DNA of 64,000 bases, taken from NCBI RefSeq assembly GCF_964272895.1, contig NZ_OZ186833.1, forward strand, positions 60,034 to 124,033. The letters run 5' to 3'. The first letter of the stretch is position 1; every line of letters begins with the position of its first letter. The notes below the pieces were generated by a model. The model was given only the letters and a program-made list of their open reading frames with translations. It was not told the DNA's origin and searched no databases. The translations under genes were made by a program, and so were the position numbers. This DNA comes from Streptomyces sp. enrichment culture. GTDB taxonomy: Bacteria; Actinomycetota; Actinomycetes; Streptomycetales; Streptomycetaceae. Below, in pieces: positions 51,042 to 61,078 of this stretch.

Positions 51042-52430
51042 TCAGGAATGGTCGGCCGGAGGAATGTTGTGGTTGATCCGGAACATGTTCCCCGGGTCGT
51101 GCGCCGCCTTGATCCGCCGCAGCCGCGCGTAGTCCTCCGGGGCGTAGCCGCGGGCGACGTCCTCGACCGCGCTGTCGCTGCTGAACATGAAGGTCGGCAG
51201 CAGCCGTCCCGTGTCCCACCGGGCCAGCGAGTCGATCACCCGCTGCTCGGCCTTGCGGGCCCGCTCGGCCGCCTCCGTCCCCGGCTGCGCCGGCATGCTC
51301 ATGAACAGGTGGAAGCCGGCCTCGGGCACACCGAGAGCGCTGGGCACGGCCCCGGGCCGGGACAGCGCGCCGCCCAGATGACGGATCTCGACGCCTCCGG
51401 GCGGCAGGTGGCCGTGGTCGTGCCCGGCCACGTCCAGCAGGGCCTGCACCGCCGCCGCGTCCACGTCCCGCAGCAGGGCCGTCCGGGCCCAGGCCGGGGT
51501 CGGGCGGGGCGGGTCGAGGTAGATCTCGCCGACGCGGGTGTACGCCATGTCCTCGACGACGTCCCGCTCGGGGCCGAGCGCGCGCAGCGGCGCGACCAGC
51601 CGTTCCCCCTCCTCGGGCGTACCGGTGAAGGCGATCCGCACATGGATCAGGAACTTCCCGCGGTTGTGCTCGGGAACCGCCGGCAGATCCGGGAAGCGCA
51701 GCAGGATGACGGAGGAGGTCATCTCCTCCGGCTGGCCGCTCAGCCAGTCGAAGTACGCGGGCAGCACCTCGGCGGCCCGGCTGCCGGGGAAGAACAGGCC
51801 GCCGCCGTAGACGCGGGTCACCGGCACCAGGTCGATCTCGGCGGCGGTGACCACGCCGAAGTTGCCCCGGCCGCCGCGTACCGCCCAGAACAGGTCCGGC
51901 TCGCTGTCGGGGGTGACCGTGCGTACGTCGCCGTCCGCCGTGACCAGGTCGAAGGAGCGCACGCGGTGCGTCGCGAAACCGTAGGTGCGGCCCAGGACGG
52001 GCAGTCCGCCGCCGGTCAGGTAGCCCATGACGCCGACGGTGGGAGAGGAGCCGTTGAGCGGAGCCAGGCCGGCCTTCGCGGTCTGCGCCACCACGTCGCC
52101 CCAGACCAGACCGGCGCCGATGCGTGCGGTGCGGGCCGTGGCGTCGACCGACAGCTCCTTCATCCGCCGGGTGTTGACGACCACCGCGCCGTCGGCCGGT
52201 ACGGAGGCGCCGTGCCCGGCGGCGAGGACGGCGACCGGGGCACCGGCCCCGGAGGCGTACCGCACGGCGGCGGCGACGTCCGCCGCCGACTCGGCGAGTA
52301 CCACCGCAGAGGGTGCGTGGGCCACCGAGAGATTCCAGCCCGAGTGCTCCTCCTGGAACCCCTCGTCCTCGGGGAACAGGGTCCGGCCGGCCAGTTCGGC
52401 GGGCAGTCCTCCGGGGGAATGGATGCTCAC
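51042..52430 (-). CDS. berberine-bridge-type covalent-FAD oxidoreductase
   Basis: P.AVV.A.S..DVAAAV, AAGHG (His-FAD), GVMGY.TGGG, LFWAVRGG.GNFGVVT, K...DPGNMFR.NHNI. Confidence 0.9.
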   Translation of the reverse strand: MSIHSPGGLPAELAGRTLFPEDEGFQEEHSGWNLSVAHAPSAVVLAESAADVAAAVRYASGAGAPVAVLAAGHGASVPADGAVVVNTRRMKELSVDATARTARIGAGLVWGDVVAQTAKAGLAPLNGSSPTVGVMGYLTGGGLPVLGRTYGFATHRVRSFDLVTADGDVRTVTPDSEPDLFWAVRGGRGNFGVVTAAEIDLVPVTRVYGGGLFFPGSRAAEVLPAYFDWLSGQPEEMTSSVILLRFPDLPAVPEHNRGKFLIHVRIAFTGTPEEGERLVAPLRALGPERDVVEDMAYTRVGEIYLDPPRPTPAWARTALLRDVDAAAVQALLDVAGHDHGHLPPGGVEIRHLGGALSRPGAVPSALGVPEAGFHLFMSMPAQPGTEAAERARKAEQRVIDSLARWDTGRLLPTFMFSSDSAVEDVARGYAPEDYARLRRIKAAHDPGNMFRINHNIPPADHS

Positions 52431-52691
52431 GTCCAACCCTTTCTCTCTGCACGAAAAATCGGCCCGCAGACGTGTCCGTGATGCGGACCGCGGGGCGGAC
52501 TCGATTTTCATCGTACTGTTCGGCCGTCGCTCCGAGAAAGGAAGTGGGGTGGTTTTCCGGACAGCTTCGGGTGTTTTTCCACCGGACGCCGAATGCGATG
52601 CGTTCGGGAATGTGTGCGCGGCGGAAACGGAGCGCGGACGAAACGGCCGCGCGGGAATCCGGACGGACACCGCCGGAATTCCGCGGCCGCC

Positions 52692-53609
52692 TCAGCCGAC
52701 GGTCCGGCGCAGCAGGCACTCCTCCAGGAAGGCGAGCATCCTCAGGTGGTACGCCCGGGCCGCCCAGCCGAGGCTGATGTTGTGACCGGCGTCCGGCTGC
52801 CGGTCGACGCTGACGGGCGTGTGCCGCAGCAGTCGGGCGAGCTCGGACAGCGCCTGCGGATCGTGCCGCCAGCGCCGCTCGTGCTCGGCGAAGGTGAACC
52901 GGACGGGCACCCGCACCCGGGGGGCGAGCTGCTCCAGGGTCTTGGGCCAGGCGGGCAGTTCGGCCGCCTCGCGCGGGGGCATCGCGCTGCCCAGGGACTG
53001 CGCCAGGGTGAAGGTCCCCGGCGGGTAGAGGCCCAGCGGCCCCCAGTTGTTGCCGCGCAGCCTGCGCCTCCACAGCCCCGGCCCCGAGGTGTCCGCCTCG
53101 CCGGTGAACCGGTGGCCGCAGCCCGACACCGCGAGCCCGGCGAGCGGCAGTTCGTGGTGCCGGGCCGCGAGGGTCAGCGCCACCTTGCCGCCGTAGGAGT
53201 GCGCGAGGACGAACAGGGGCGTCCCGGTGGGTTGGGAGCCGAGGAAACCGGTCACCGCCCGGCTCAGCACGGCCGCCTGTTCCACCAGCGGCAGCCCCTC
53301 GGGCAGCCGCGCGGCCGACTGCCCGTAGCCCGGCCGGTCCACGGCGAGCACGGTCAGGCCGAGCTCGGCGCCGAGGGTGAGCAGGGACAGGCCGGGGGCG
53401 GCGGTCTGATGGAAGTAGCCGGCGCGCATACCGCCGCCGGGCACGGCCAGCACGACGGCGCGCGGCGCCTGCCGGCGGGGCTCGGCCAGCAGAGCGGACA
53501 GCCGAAGCCCACCGGACTTGAGGACGATCTCGCGCACCGCGGGGGACGAGGACCCGGCGGCAGACGCCGGGCGGCCGCGGCTGCGGACACCGACGGACGG
53601 CGACGACAT
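52692..53609 (-). CDS. alpha/beta hydrolase (thioesterase-like)
   Basis: VDRPGYG, AHSYGG nucleophile elbow, AGHNISL. Confidence 0.85.
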   Translation of the reverse strand: MSSPSVGVRSRGRPASAAGSSSPAVREIVLKSGGLRLSALLAEPRRQAPRAVVLAVPGGGMRAGYFHQTAAPGLSLLTLGAELGLTVLAVDRPGYGQSAARLPEGLPLVEQAAVLSRAVTGFLGSQPTGTPLFVLAHSYGGKVALTLAARHHELPLAGLAVSGCGHRFTGEADTSGPGLWRRRLRGNNWGPLGLYPPGTFTLAQSLGSAMPPREAAELPAWPKTLEQLAPRVRVPVRFTFAEHERRWRHDPQALSELARLLRHTPVSVDRQPDAGHNISLGWAARAYHLRMLAFLEECLLRRTVG

Positions 53610-53668
53610 GGTGGGACTCCTCCTGGGAGAAGGGTGCGAAGGAACGCCCGCGGCGCGACCGGGGGCCC

Positions 53669-54298
53669 TCATGCCGGCCGGGGCGCGGCGGACACCGCGG
53701 GGGTGCGGGCCCCGTGCGGATAGGGGTGGTGGACGCGGCCCTCCCGCAGCACCCTTCCCCACCAGTCCAGTTCGGCGAGGAGCAGCCGGGCCGCGGCCGT
53801 GCTGCCGACCGGGTCCGCGGGCCGGCCGTCGGCGTCGAAGAGCTGTCCCACGCCGTGGAAGCTGACCCCGTCCCGCACCGGCACCGCGTGCACCTCGCCG
53901 AAGACCTGCCGCAGCTGCTCGACCGCCCGCAGCCCGCCGGAGCGGCCCCCGTAGGAGACGAAGCCGACCGGCTTGGCCTGCCACTCGCTGTCGTGCCAGT
54001 CGACCGCGGTCTTCAACGTGGCCGGAAATGAGCGGTTGTACTCGGGGGTGACCACGACGAACACGTCCGCGCGGTCCAGCCGCGGGGTCAGACCCGCCAG
54101 GACCTCGCGGACCTCCGGCGGCGGCACCGCCACCGGTTCCGCGGGCAGCGGGTACTCGGCCAGGTCGACGACGTCCGTCTCCAGACCGTCGCACCGTCGC
54201 GCCGCCTCGGCGAACCAGCGGGCGACGGCCGTGCCGCTCCGTCCCGGCCTGCCGCTGCCGACCAGGACGGCCAGCCGCAAGGGGTCGTACCACATCAT
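53669..54298 (-). CDS. NADPH-dependent FMN reductase (LanZ4/UrdO/JadY-like)
   Basis: VLVGS.RPGR, VTPEYNRSFPATLK.A.D, VSYGG.SGG.RAVEQLR. Confidence 0.9.
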   Translation of the reverse strand: MMWYDPLRLAVLVGSGRPGRSGTAVARWFAEAARRCDGLETDVVDLAEYPLPAEPVAVPPPEVREVLAGLTPRLDRADVFVVVTPEYNRSFPATLKTAVDWHDSEWQAKPVGFVSYGGRSGGLRAVEQLRQVFGEVHAVPVRDGVSFHGVGQLFDADGRPADPVGSTAAARLLLAELDWWGRVLREGRVHHPYPHGARTPAVSAAPRPA

Positions 54299-54333
54299 CA
54301 GCCTTTCCACGACGGGGCGTACGGGCGGGGCGG

Positions 54334-55152
54334 TCAGGTGAAGTCGGCGACGTGGTCGGCCGCCCACTCGGCGAAGCCGCGGGCGGGCCTGCCGAGGTAG
54401 GGCTCGATCGGCGAGATCTCGTGCGGGCGGTCGACCAGGGCCGCGAACATGCGCAGCCGGGCCTCCACGGCGGCGGGCGGGATGCCCACCTCGGCCATCT
54501 CCTTGCGGGCCTCGTCGTGGCTGATCTCCTCGAACCGCACCGGCTTGCCGATCGCCTCGCCGATGATCCGGGCCCGGTCCGCGTAGGTGATGGACTCCGG
54601 GCCGCTGAACATCGGCTTGACGCCGAGCAGTTCGTCGGTGAGCAGGGCACGGGCCGCGAGGTCGGCGATGTCCCGCTCGTGCACCGGGGCCGAGTGGGCC
54701 CGGGCGAAGGGGCCGCGGGCCACTCCGGAGGTGCGGATCTGCTCCTTCCACTCCAGCGCGGTCACCGCCAGCCCGCCGGCGGGCTGCAGGGCGGTCCACT
54801 CCAGACCGGACTCCTCGATCTGACGTTCCAGGTCGCGGTGGCGTACGGCGATGGAGTTCTTCGGGTCGTCGTCGCGGGCCGAGTAGGAGGACAGGGCGAC
54901 GATGCGCCGCACGCCGTGCTCCCGGGCCCGGCGGATCACCTCGGCCGGGCCCTGCGGGAACGCGGCGAGGACGAAGAAGACCGCCTTGACGTCCTTCATG
55001 GGCAGCTCGTCGGTGCGCGCCACCTCCACGCCCTCGGGCAGCCGGGCCCGGTCCGGGTCGCGGGTCAGCGCGCGCACGCTCACCCCGGCCTTGAGCAGGA
55101 GGTCGACGAGAGGGCGGCCAACGTGTCCGGTGGCGCCGGTGACCAGTATCAC
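54334..55152 (-). CDS. NmrA-like NAD(P)H-binding protein (second copy)
   Basis: ILVTGATGHVG, PVHERDIADLA, SGPESIT. Confidence 0.88.
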   Translation of the reverse strand: MILVTGATGHVGRPLVDLLLKAGVSVRALTRDPDRARLPEGVEVARTDELPMKDVKAVFFVLAAFPQGPAEVIRRAREHGVRRIVALSSYSARDDDPKNSIAVRHRDLERQIEESGLEWTALQPAGGLAVTALEWKEQIRTSGVARGPFARAHSAPVHERDIADLAARALLTDELLGVKPMFSGPESITYADRARIIGEAIGKPVRFEEISHDEARKEMAEVGIPPAAVEARLRMFAALVDRPHEISPIEPYLGRPARGFAEWAADHVADFT

Positions 55153-55228
55153 GGGTGTCTCCCAGGTGAGTTCGTCGGTGTCCGGGGTCGATGCGGCGGC
55201 GGGCGCCGCGGGGATTCGCCGGGTGGCG

Positions 55229-56767
55229 TCAGCCCGTCAGGCCGCGCGTGTAGTCCAGGCCGGCGGGCTCGAACTGCACGACGGCGTGGCTGGCCACCGA
55301 GCGCACATCGCGCCAGAACCGCTGCAGCGGGTGCCGGTCGTCCTGGGCCCGGGTGCCGCCGGCCCGCAGCAGCGCGTCCACCGCCTCCACCAGCAGTTCC
55401 AGGGCGAGCGCCGCGTCACGGCGGCTGCGGCGGACGAGCACGGGGTTGAGCCGTCCGGTGTCGGCGGTCTCGGCGACCCGCAGCAGCAGCAGCTGGGCCG
55501 CGTCGATCAGGCCGGCGGCGCGGGCGTAGCCGATCTGATACGCCTGCCCGGATGCCTCGCGCGGGCCGGTCGCGGGGACCGTGGTGGCGGGGGCCGCGGC
55601 CCGCAGGGCGCCCAGTGCCGCGCCGAGCGCCGGCGCCACGAAGGTCAGGCCGTTGACCGCCAGGGTGGGCAGCGGCGGACCGGACACGCCCACCACCCGG
55701 CCCTTCATCGCGTCCTCGCGCAGGCAGGTGCGGTACTCCGGAACCAGGACGTCGTCCAGCACGAGGGTGTGGCTGCCGGTGCCCCGCATGCCGAGCGAGT
55801 GCCAGGTGTCCCGGTGGCCGAAGTCCGCGCGGGGCACCAGGAAGAACCGCAGCGGTCCGCCGCCCTGTCCGGGCGGGCCGGCGGGGGCGGGACCGGCCAG
55901 CAGGGCCCAGTCGGCGTACTCGACACCGCTGACGAACGTCCACTCGCCGGACAGCCGCCAGCCGCCCTCGACCGGTACGGCCGTGCCGAGCGGCTTGTTG
56001 ACCACGCACACCCGGGCGTCGGGCCCGTCCGCCCAGACCTCGGCCTGCGCCTTCTCGGGCAGACAGGCGACGTACCGGGCGGCGAACGCGAACAGCGAGG
56101 CCAGCCAGGCCGTGGAGGCGCAGTCGGCGCCCAACACCGCGAGGTGGCGCACCAGTTCGGCGTACCCGCGCGGCTCCCCGCCGCGCTCGCGCGGTACGAA
56201 CCAGCGGGCGAACCCGGCCGAGGTCAGGGCCTCGACCACCTCCGGCGTCACACGCCGGCCGGTGTCCGCCGGGCCGGCCTGCGCCGCGGCCAGCACCGCC
56301 GCGTCCCGCACCGGCGCCGGCGGCCAGGGGGCCGGGTCGGCGGCGGCCGGTTCGGGCCGCTCGGCCAGCAGGTCGCGCCCCTGCGGGCTCTGCAGCGCCG
56401 CTTTCGTCTCGAAGGACGTGAGGTGGACGAGGGCGCCGTCGGGGGAGTGCACCGTGGCGGGTCCGGAGCCGGTGTAGGAGTCGCCCTCGCGTACGGCGTC
56501 GACCGTGACGCGGACGTGTCCGGGCATGCCGGTGACGGCCGGGTCGAGGGTCTCGATGAAGGAGTACGCGAAGCCCCGGTCGGTCGGCCGCCAGGTGCCC
56601 CGGCCGCTGCTGAACGGCGTGACCAGGGTGACGGTCCCGTCGGGCAGGAAGGAGATCGTGAACGGGTCCGACTGCCCGTCGTGGTCGGCCGTGCCGGTCC
56701 ACACCCCGACCGGGGCCGAGGGCGAGCCGAGGGCGGAGTCGGCGGAGTCGTGGATGCCTGTCGTCAT
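55229..56767 (-). CDS. acyl-CoA dehydrogenase-fold flavin monooxygenase (LanZ5/HsaA-like) with an extra ~125-aa N-terminal beta-rich domain
   Basis: C.STAWLA, GEW.FVSG..YADW, DTW...GMRGTGSHT, LQRFWRD....SH; N-terminal extension rich in T/V/G. Confidence 0.85.
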   Translation of the reverse strand: MTTGIHDSADSALGSPSAPVGVWTGTADHDGQSDPFTISFLPDGTVTLVTPFSSGRGTWRPTDRGFAYSFIETLDPAVTGMPGHVRVTVDAVREGDSYTGSGPATVHSPDGALVHLTSFETKAALQSPQGRDLLAERPEPAAADPAPWPPAPVRDAAVLAAAQAGPADTGRRVTPEVVEALTSAGFARWFVPRERGGEPRGYAELVRHLAVLGADCASTAWLASLFAFAARYVACLPEKAQAEVWADGPDARVCVVNKPLGTAVPVEGGWRLSGEWTFVSGVEYADWALLAGPAPAGPPGQGGGPLRFFLVPRADFGHRDTWHSLGMRGTGSHTLVLDDVLVPEYRTCLREDAMKGRVVGVSGPPLPTLAVNGLTFVAPALGAALGALRAAAPATTVPATGPREASGQAYQIGYARAAGLIDAAQLLLLRVAETADTGRLNPVLVRRSRRDAALALELLVEAVDALLRAGGTRAQDDRHPLQRFWRDVRSVASHAVVQFEPAGLDYTRGLTG

Positions 56768-56782
56768 GCTGACCATCCCTAG

Positions 56783-56824
56783 AAAAAGTACAAGCGGTCA
56801 TTTATGATCGGGCGTACATTTTTT
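56783..56824. promoter_or_regulatory. long imperfect palindrome, probable TetR operator between the divergent monooxygenase and MFS genes
   Basis: AAAAAGTACAAGCGGTCAT-TT-ATGATCGGGCGTACATTTTT. Confidence 0.6.
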
Positions 56825-56893
56825 GGCTCCCGTGTGGTCCCGGGAATTCCTGCGCCGGGCCGGGAGGGGTCCCACCGGAAGAGTGGAGGAGCT

Positions 56894-58423
56894 ATGTCCG
56901 TGGACGACCGGCCCGTGGCCGCCGAGGCGGCACCCGGGCAGCCCGGCGGACGGCAAGGCTTAGTCCTGGCGGTCCTCGCCACGGCACAGGTCATGATCAT
57001 TCTGGACAGCACGATCATGAACATCGCGCTGCCCAGCATCCAGCGCGATCTCGGCGTCAGCAGCGGCGCCCTCGCCTGGATCGTCACCGCGTACGTGCTG
57101 TCCTTCGGCGGCCTGCTGCTGATCGGCGGACGCGCCGGTGACATCTACGGCCGCCTGCGGGTGTTCCGCCTCGGCATCGTCGTCTTCACCCTGGCCTCCC
57201 TCGTCGGCGGCCTCGCACCGAACGAGGGCGTGCTCATCGCCGCCCGCGCCGCCCAGGGACTCGGCGGCGCCCTCGTCTCCCCGGCCGTCGTCGCGCTGAT
57301 CGCGGCGAACTTCCCCGAGGGACCCGCACGCAACCGGGCCATGGGCGTGTACGGCTCGATGAACGGCGTCGGCTCCACCCTCGGCCTGCTGCTCGGCGGC
57401 GTGCTCACCGCCTACCTGGACTGGCGCTGGGTGCTCCTCGTCAACGTGCCCGTCGGCGCCGCCGTGGTCTGGGGCACCCGGCTGCTGCGCGACCCCGGCC
57501 GGCACACGGGCCGCCTCGACGTGCCCGGCGCGGTCACCGGCACCATCGGCCTGACCTCCCTGGTGTACGGACTCACCCGCGGCGGCGAGGAAGGCTGGTC
57601 GGACGCGGTGGCCGTCGCCTCGCTCGGCAGTGCCGCCGTCCTGCTCGCCGTGTTCCTCGCGGTCCAGGCGCGCAGCGGCCACCCGATGATGCCGCTGCGG
57701 CTGCTGCGCGACCGCAACCGCAGCGGCGGCTACGCCACGATGCTGCTCATCGGCGCGGGCATGTTCGCGATGTACTACTTCCTCACCCTGTACATGCAGC
57801 AGATCCTCGGCTACTCCGCGATGCGCACCGGACTGGCGTATCTCCCGCTGAGCCTCGGCATGTTCGTCTCCGGCGGCTTCCTCGCCCCACGCCTGGTGGG
57901 CCTGCTGCCCACCCGGGCCGTGACCGGGCCGGGACTGGCGCTCAGCGCGCTCGGCGTGCTGTGGCTCGGCACCCTGACGCCGGACTCGGCGTACCTCACC
58001 CACCTCGCCCCGGCGATGCTGATGACCTCGGTCGGGCTCGGCCTGTGCTTCATGCCGCTGACGGTCCGCATCGTCAGCGGCGTCCCCCCGCAGGAGACCG
58101 GCATCGCCGCCGGGGTCCTCACCACGGCGAGCCAGGTGGGCGGCGCCGTGGGGCTGGCCTTCCTGCCGGGCATCGCCACGGCCACGGCCGAGGACCGGCT
58201 GGCGGGCGCCCCGGACGCCCTGCTGCGGGCCCTCGCCACCGACGACCAGGGGCTGCTGAGCCGGGCGGCCGACGCCCTCACCCACGGATACGGCACGGCG
58301 TTCCGCGTCGTGGCCGTCCTGTACGCCGTGGCCCTGGTGACCGTCGTGGCCGTGGTCACCGCCAAGGGGCCGCGGGCCGCCCGGCCGGAAGAACAGCCCG
58401 CGCAGCAGCGGGCGCAGGCATAG
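56894..58423 (+). CDS. DHA2 (EmrB/QacA) MFS efflux pump; TTA codon near the N-terminus
   Basis: LDSTIMNIALPSIQ, GGRAGD..GR, ARAAQGLGGA, W.W..LVNVP; about 14 TM. Confidence 0.95.
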   Translation: MSVDDRPVAAEAAPGQPGGRQGLVLAVLATAQVMIILDSTIMNIALPSIQRDLGVSSGALAWIVTAYVLSFGGLLLIGGRAGDIYGRLRVFRLGIVVFTLASLVGGLAPNEGVLIAARAAQGLGGALVSPAVVALIAANFPEGPARNRAMGVYGSMNGVGSTLGLLLGGVLTAYLDWRWVLLVNVPVGAAVVWGTRLLRDPGRHTGRLDVPGAVTGTIGLTSLVYGLTRGGEEGWSDAVAVASLGSAAVLLAVFLAVQARSGHPMMPLRLLRDRNRSGGYATMLLIGAGMFAMYYFLTLYMQQILGYSAMRTGLAYLPLSLGMFVSGGFLAPRLVGLLPTRAVTGPGLALSALGVLWLGTLTPDSAYLTHLAPAMLMTSVGLGLCFMPLTVRIVSGVPPQETGIAAGVLTTASQVGGAVGLAFLPGIATATAEDRLAGAPDALLRALATDDQGLLSRAADALTHGYGTAFRVVAVLYAVALVTVVAVVTAKGPRAARPEEQPAQQRAQA

Positions 58424-58474
58424 CCACCGCGGCGGCACCACCCAGCAACCGTCCCCGGACAAGGAGGCAGCGCA

Positions 58475-59149
58475 GTGATCTCCCGCGTCGACGAAACACC
58501 CCAGCACAAGCCGACGGCGAGCACCCCGATGGTGGTGCCGCGGCCCGACGGCAAGGGTGAGCGCACTCGTCGCCGCATCCTCCTCGCGGCCCGCCGCGTC
58601 TTCGGCGAGTACGGCTACGAGCGGGCGACCATCCGCCTGATCGCCGAGGCCGCCGACGCGCACAAGTCGTCCGTGATGCAGTACTTCGGCACCAAGGAGC
58701 AGCTGTTCAGGGAGGCGGTCCACTTCGAGATCCCGATCGACGAGCTGACCACGCCGGACCCGGTGAGCAGTGCGGAGAACTACCTGCGCACCATGCTGGG
58801 CCGGTGGGCGACCAGCCCGGACAGCCCGATGGCGGTCCTGGTGCGCACCAGCATGACCAGTGAGATGGCGGCCGAGGAGCTGCGCCGACTGGTCACCGAC
58901 CAGTCCACCGAGGCCATCGCCCAGCACATCGACCTGCCCGACGCGCGGGTCCGGGCCGGCCTGTTCTCCGTGATCATGTTCGGCATCGCCAGCGGACGCT
59001 ACCTGCTGCGCATCCCCGACGTCAGCGAGCCGGACCTGGAGGACATCGTCCGGGTGGCCGCGCCGGTGATCCGCACCCTGATCGCCGGCGAGGACAAGCC
59101 GGAGAACTCCTGCACGACGGCCCAGCAGGAGGCGTCCGAGCAGGACTGA
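58475..59149 (+). CDS. TetR-family regulator
   Basis: TRRRIL.AAR..F...GYERATIR.IA..A....S.V..YFGTKEQLF. Confidence 0.93.
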   Translation: MISRVDETPQHKPTASTPMVVPRPDGKGERTRRRILLAARRVFGEYGYERATIRLIAEAADAHKSSVMQYFGTKEQLFREAVHFEIPIDELTTPDPVSSAENYLRTMLGRWATSPDSPMAVLVRTSMTSEMAAEELRRLVTDQSTEAIAQHIDLPDARVRAGLFSVIMFGIASGRYLLRIPDVSEPDLEDIVRVAAPVIRTLIAGEDKPENSCTTAQQEASEQD

Positions 59150-59189
59150 GACACGCCGGGCCCGCGCCACGACCACGGCACGCGCCCGG

Positions 59190-59690
59190 CCCCTCCGCAC
59201 CGGCCGGAGCGCCCCGCCTCCGCGACTGCGGCGCGCGGCCGGTGCGTTCGGGCCGGGTCAGGGTGCCCCGCTTCCGGGACCGTGGCACGTGGCCGCCCCC
59301 TTGGCACCGGCCGGGGTTGCCCCGCCTCCGTGACTGCGGCGCGTGGCCGGTGCGTTCGGGCCGGGTCAGGGTGCCCTGCCTCCGGGACCGTGGCACGTGG
59401 CCGCCCCCTTGGCACCGGCCGGGGTTGCCCCGCCTCCGTGACTGCGGCGCGTGCCCGGCTCGTTCGCACCGGCCGGGGCGCCCTGCCTCCGTGACCGCGG
59501 AGCATGCTCGGCCCGTTCGCACCAGCCGGGGCGCCCTGCCTCCACAACTGCGCCGCACGCCCGCCCCGTTCCCGCCGATCCAGGCGCCCCGCCTCCGCAA
59601 CCGCGCCGCGCGCCCGCCGGCGTCCCCGCCGACCAGGCGCCGGCCCCCGTGGCGCCACCTCCGGGGCGCCCCTTCCCTGGCGCCCCCTCC
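59190..59690. repeat. 53-54-nt tandem array (about 8-9 units) with a 108-nt higher-order dimer
   Basis: GCCCYGCCTCCG cores at 59211, 59265, 59319, 59373, 59427, 59480, 59533, 59586. Confidence 0.9.
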
Positions 59691-59691
59691 G

Positions 59692-60702
59692 TCAGCCCCG
59701 GCCCGCCGTCACCCGGCCGTCCGTCGCGCCGAGCCGTGCCAGTCGGTCCAGCGCCGTCTGCCAGGCGCCCCAGCAGTCCTGGCGTTCGTCGGGGAGCATG
59801 CAGACCACCTCGCTGCGGCCGGAGCGGACGGCCGGGTGCCGGCGGGCCGGCGCGGACAGGGACATGCCCGGTCCCGTCTCGACGAGGAGGTGGTCACCGG
59901 AATCCAGCAGCTTCGACAGAGCCTCCCAGTACAGCACCGGCTCGGCCATCTGACCGGCCCAGAAGGCCGGGTCCACGGCCTCGCGTGCGGTGACCGTCCG
60001 ACCGGTGCGCGCCGAGAGGATCGGGATCCGCGGCGGATGCAGCGGCTCCGCGGCCACCGCCTCCTGGAACGCGAGCGCCGCCTCCCGCAGCGCCGGCGAG
60101 TGCCACGGCTCGGTCGCCCGGACCCGCCGGGCCACCAGACCGGCGGCGCGCAGCGCCTGCTCGGTGCGCGCCAAGGACGCTTCGGGCCCGGCCAGGATCG
60201 TCTGCGTGGGCGCGTTGACCGCGCCGACGGCCACGCCGTGCCGTACGTCCTGCGCATCGAGCCACGGCCGTATCCGCTCCGGCGCGGCGGCGACGGCGAG
60301 CATGCCGCCGGCGGGCGCCGCGGACAGCGAGCCCGAGCGGGCCAGCAGGATGCGGGCCGCGCTCGGCAGGTCGAAGACACCGGCCAGAGCCGCCGCGGCC
60401 AGCTCGCCGATGCTGTGCCCGAGGAGCACCGCCGGGCGCAGCCCGAGCTGCTGCAGGACCCGGCCGACGCCGTAGCCGATGGCGAACAGCAGCGGCTGCG
60501 CCCGCCGCCCGTCGTCCAGCGGCAGCGCCGGCGCGTCACCGAGCCAGTCCTCACGGATCTGCGCGCCCGGCCGGCCCATCAGATCCAGCACCTCGTCCAC
60601 GGCGACACGGAAGAGGGGCTCTCGTTGGTACAGCGGTACCGCCATGCGCGGGTACTGCGCCCCCTGACCGGGGAGCAGCAGCGCGACGGGACGTTCGGCC
60701 AT
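59692..60702 (-). CDS. standalone acyltransferase (DpsD/AknF-like type II PKS accessory AT)
   Basis: LLPGQGAQ, AQPLLFA, GHSIGE, VNAP, EPWHS. Confidence 0.88.
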   Translation of the reverse strand: MAERPVALLLPGQGAQYPRMAVPLYQREPLFRVAVDEVLDLMGRPGAQIREDWLGDAPALPLDDGRRAQPLLFAIGYGVGRVLQQLGLRPAVLLGHSIGELAAAALAGVFDLPSAARILLARSGSLSAAPAGGMLAVAAAPERIRPWLDAQDVRHGVAVGAVNAPTQTILAGPEASLARTEQALRAAGLVARRVRATEPWHSPALREAALAFQEAVAAEPLHPPRIPILSARTGRTVTAREAVDPAFWAGQMAEPVLYWEALSKLLDSGDHLLVETGPGMSLSAPARRHPAVRSGRSEVVCMLPDERQDCWGAWQTALDRLARLGATDGRVTAGRG

Positions 60703-60780
60703 GGGGGTCTCCGTCACAGGTCTGGGAGAAGGGTGAAGGCGCGGGCGCAACAGGGCCGCGGGCGCGGGAACGGACGGCCC

Positions 60781-60978
60781 TCAGTGCCGCCAGCTGCGCG
60801 GTGAGCCGTACCCGGCGCGCCGCTCGGGCCGCTGCCAGCGGACGGCCGGCGGGTGCGCCCGCTCGGGCGGCCCGTCCGCGCCGGCCAGTGCCAGCAGCAG
60901 GGCGAGGACCGCGGCGATCTCCTCCCGCGCGGCGTGTCCCCGCTCGACACGCAGGACGTCTGCGACGGCCGTCGACAT
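60781..60978 (-). CDS. acyl-CoA carboxylase epsilon subunit
   Basis: LRVERGHAAREEIAAVLALL..W.R....GY..P.SW; follows the beta subunit. Confidence 0.88.
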   Translation of the reverse strand: MSTAVADVLRVERGHAAREEIAAVLALLLALAGADGPPERAHPPAVRWQRPERRAGYGSPRSWRH

Positions 60979-61078
60979 CGTGAACTCCTTTCAGGGGCGG
61001 GCCCCTTGGGACCGCGGGGCCCGCGGGACACATACGCGGGCGGCTCGGCGTGCGGGCCGCCGCACGGCGCGGGCGTGC

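Noticed and set aside
59190-59690. CRISPR array
   Set aside because: Whole units repeat with no unique spacers, and there are no cas genes.
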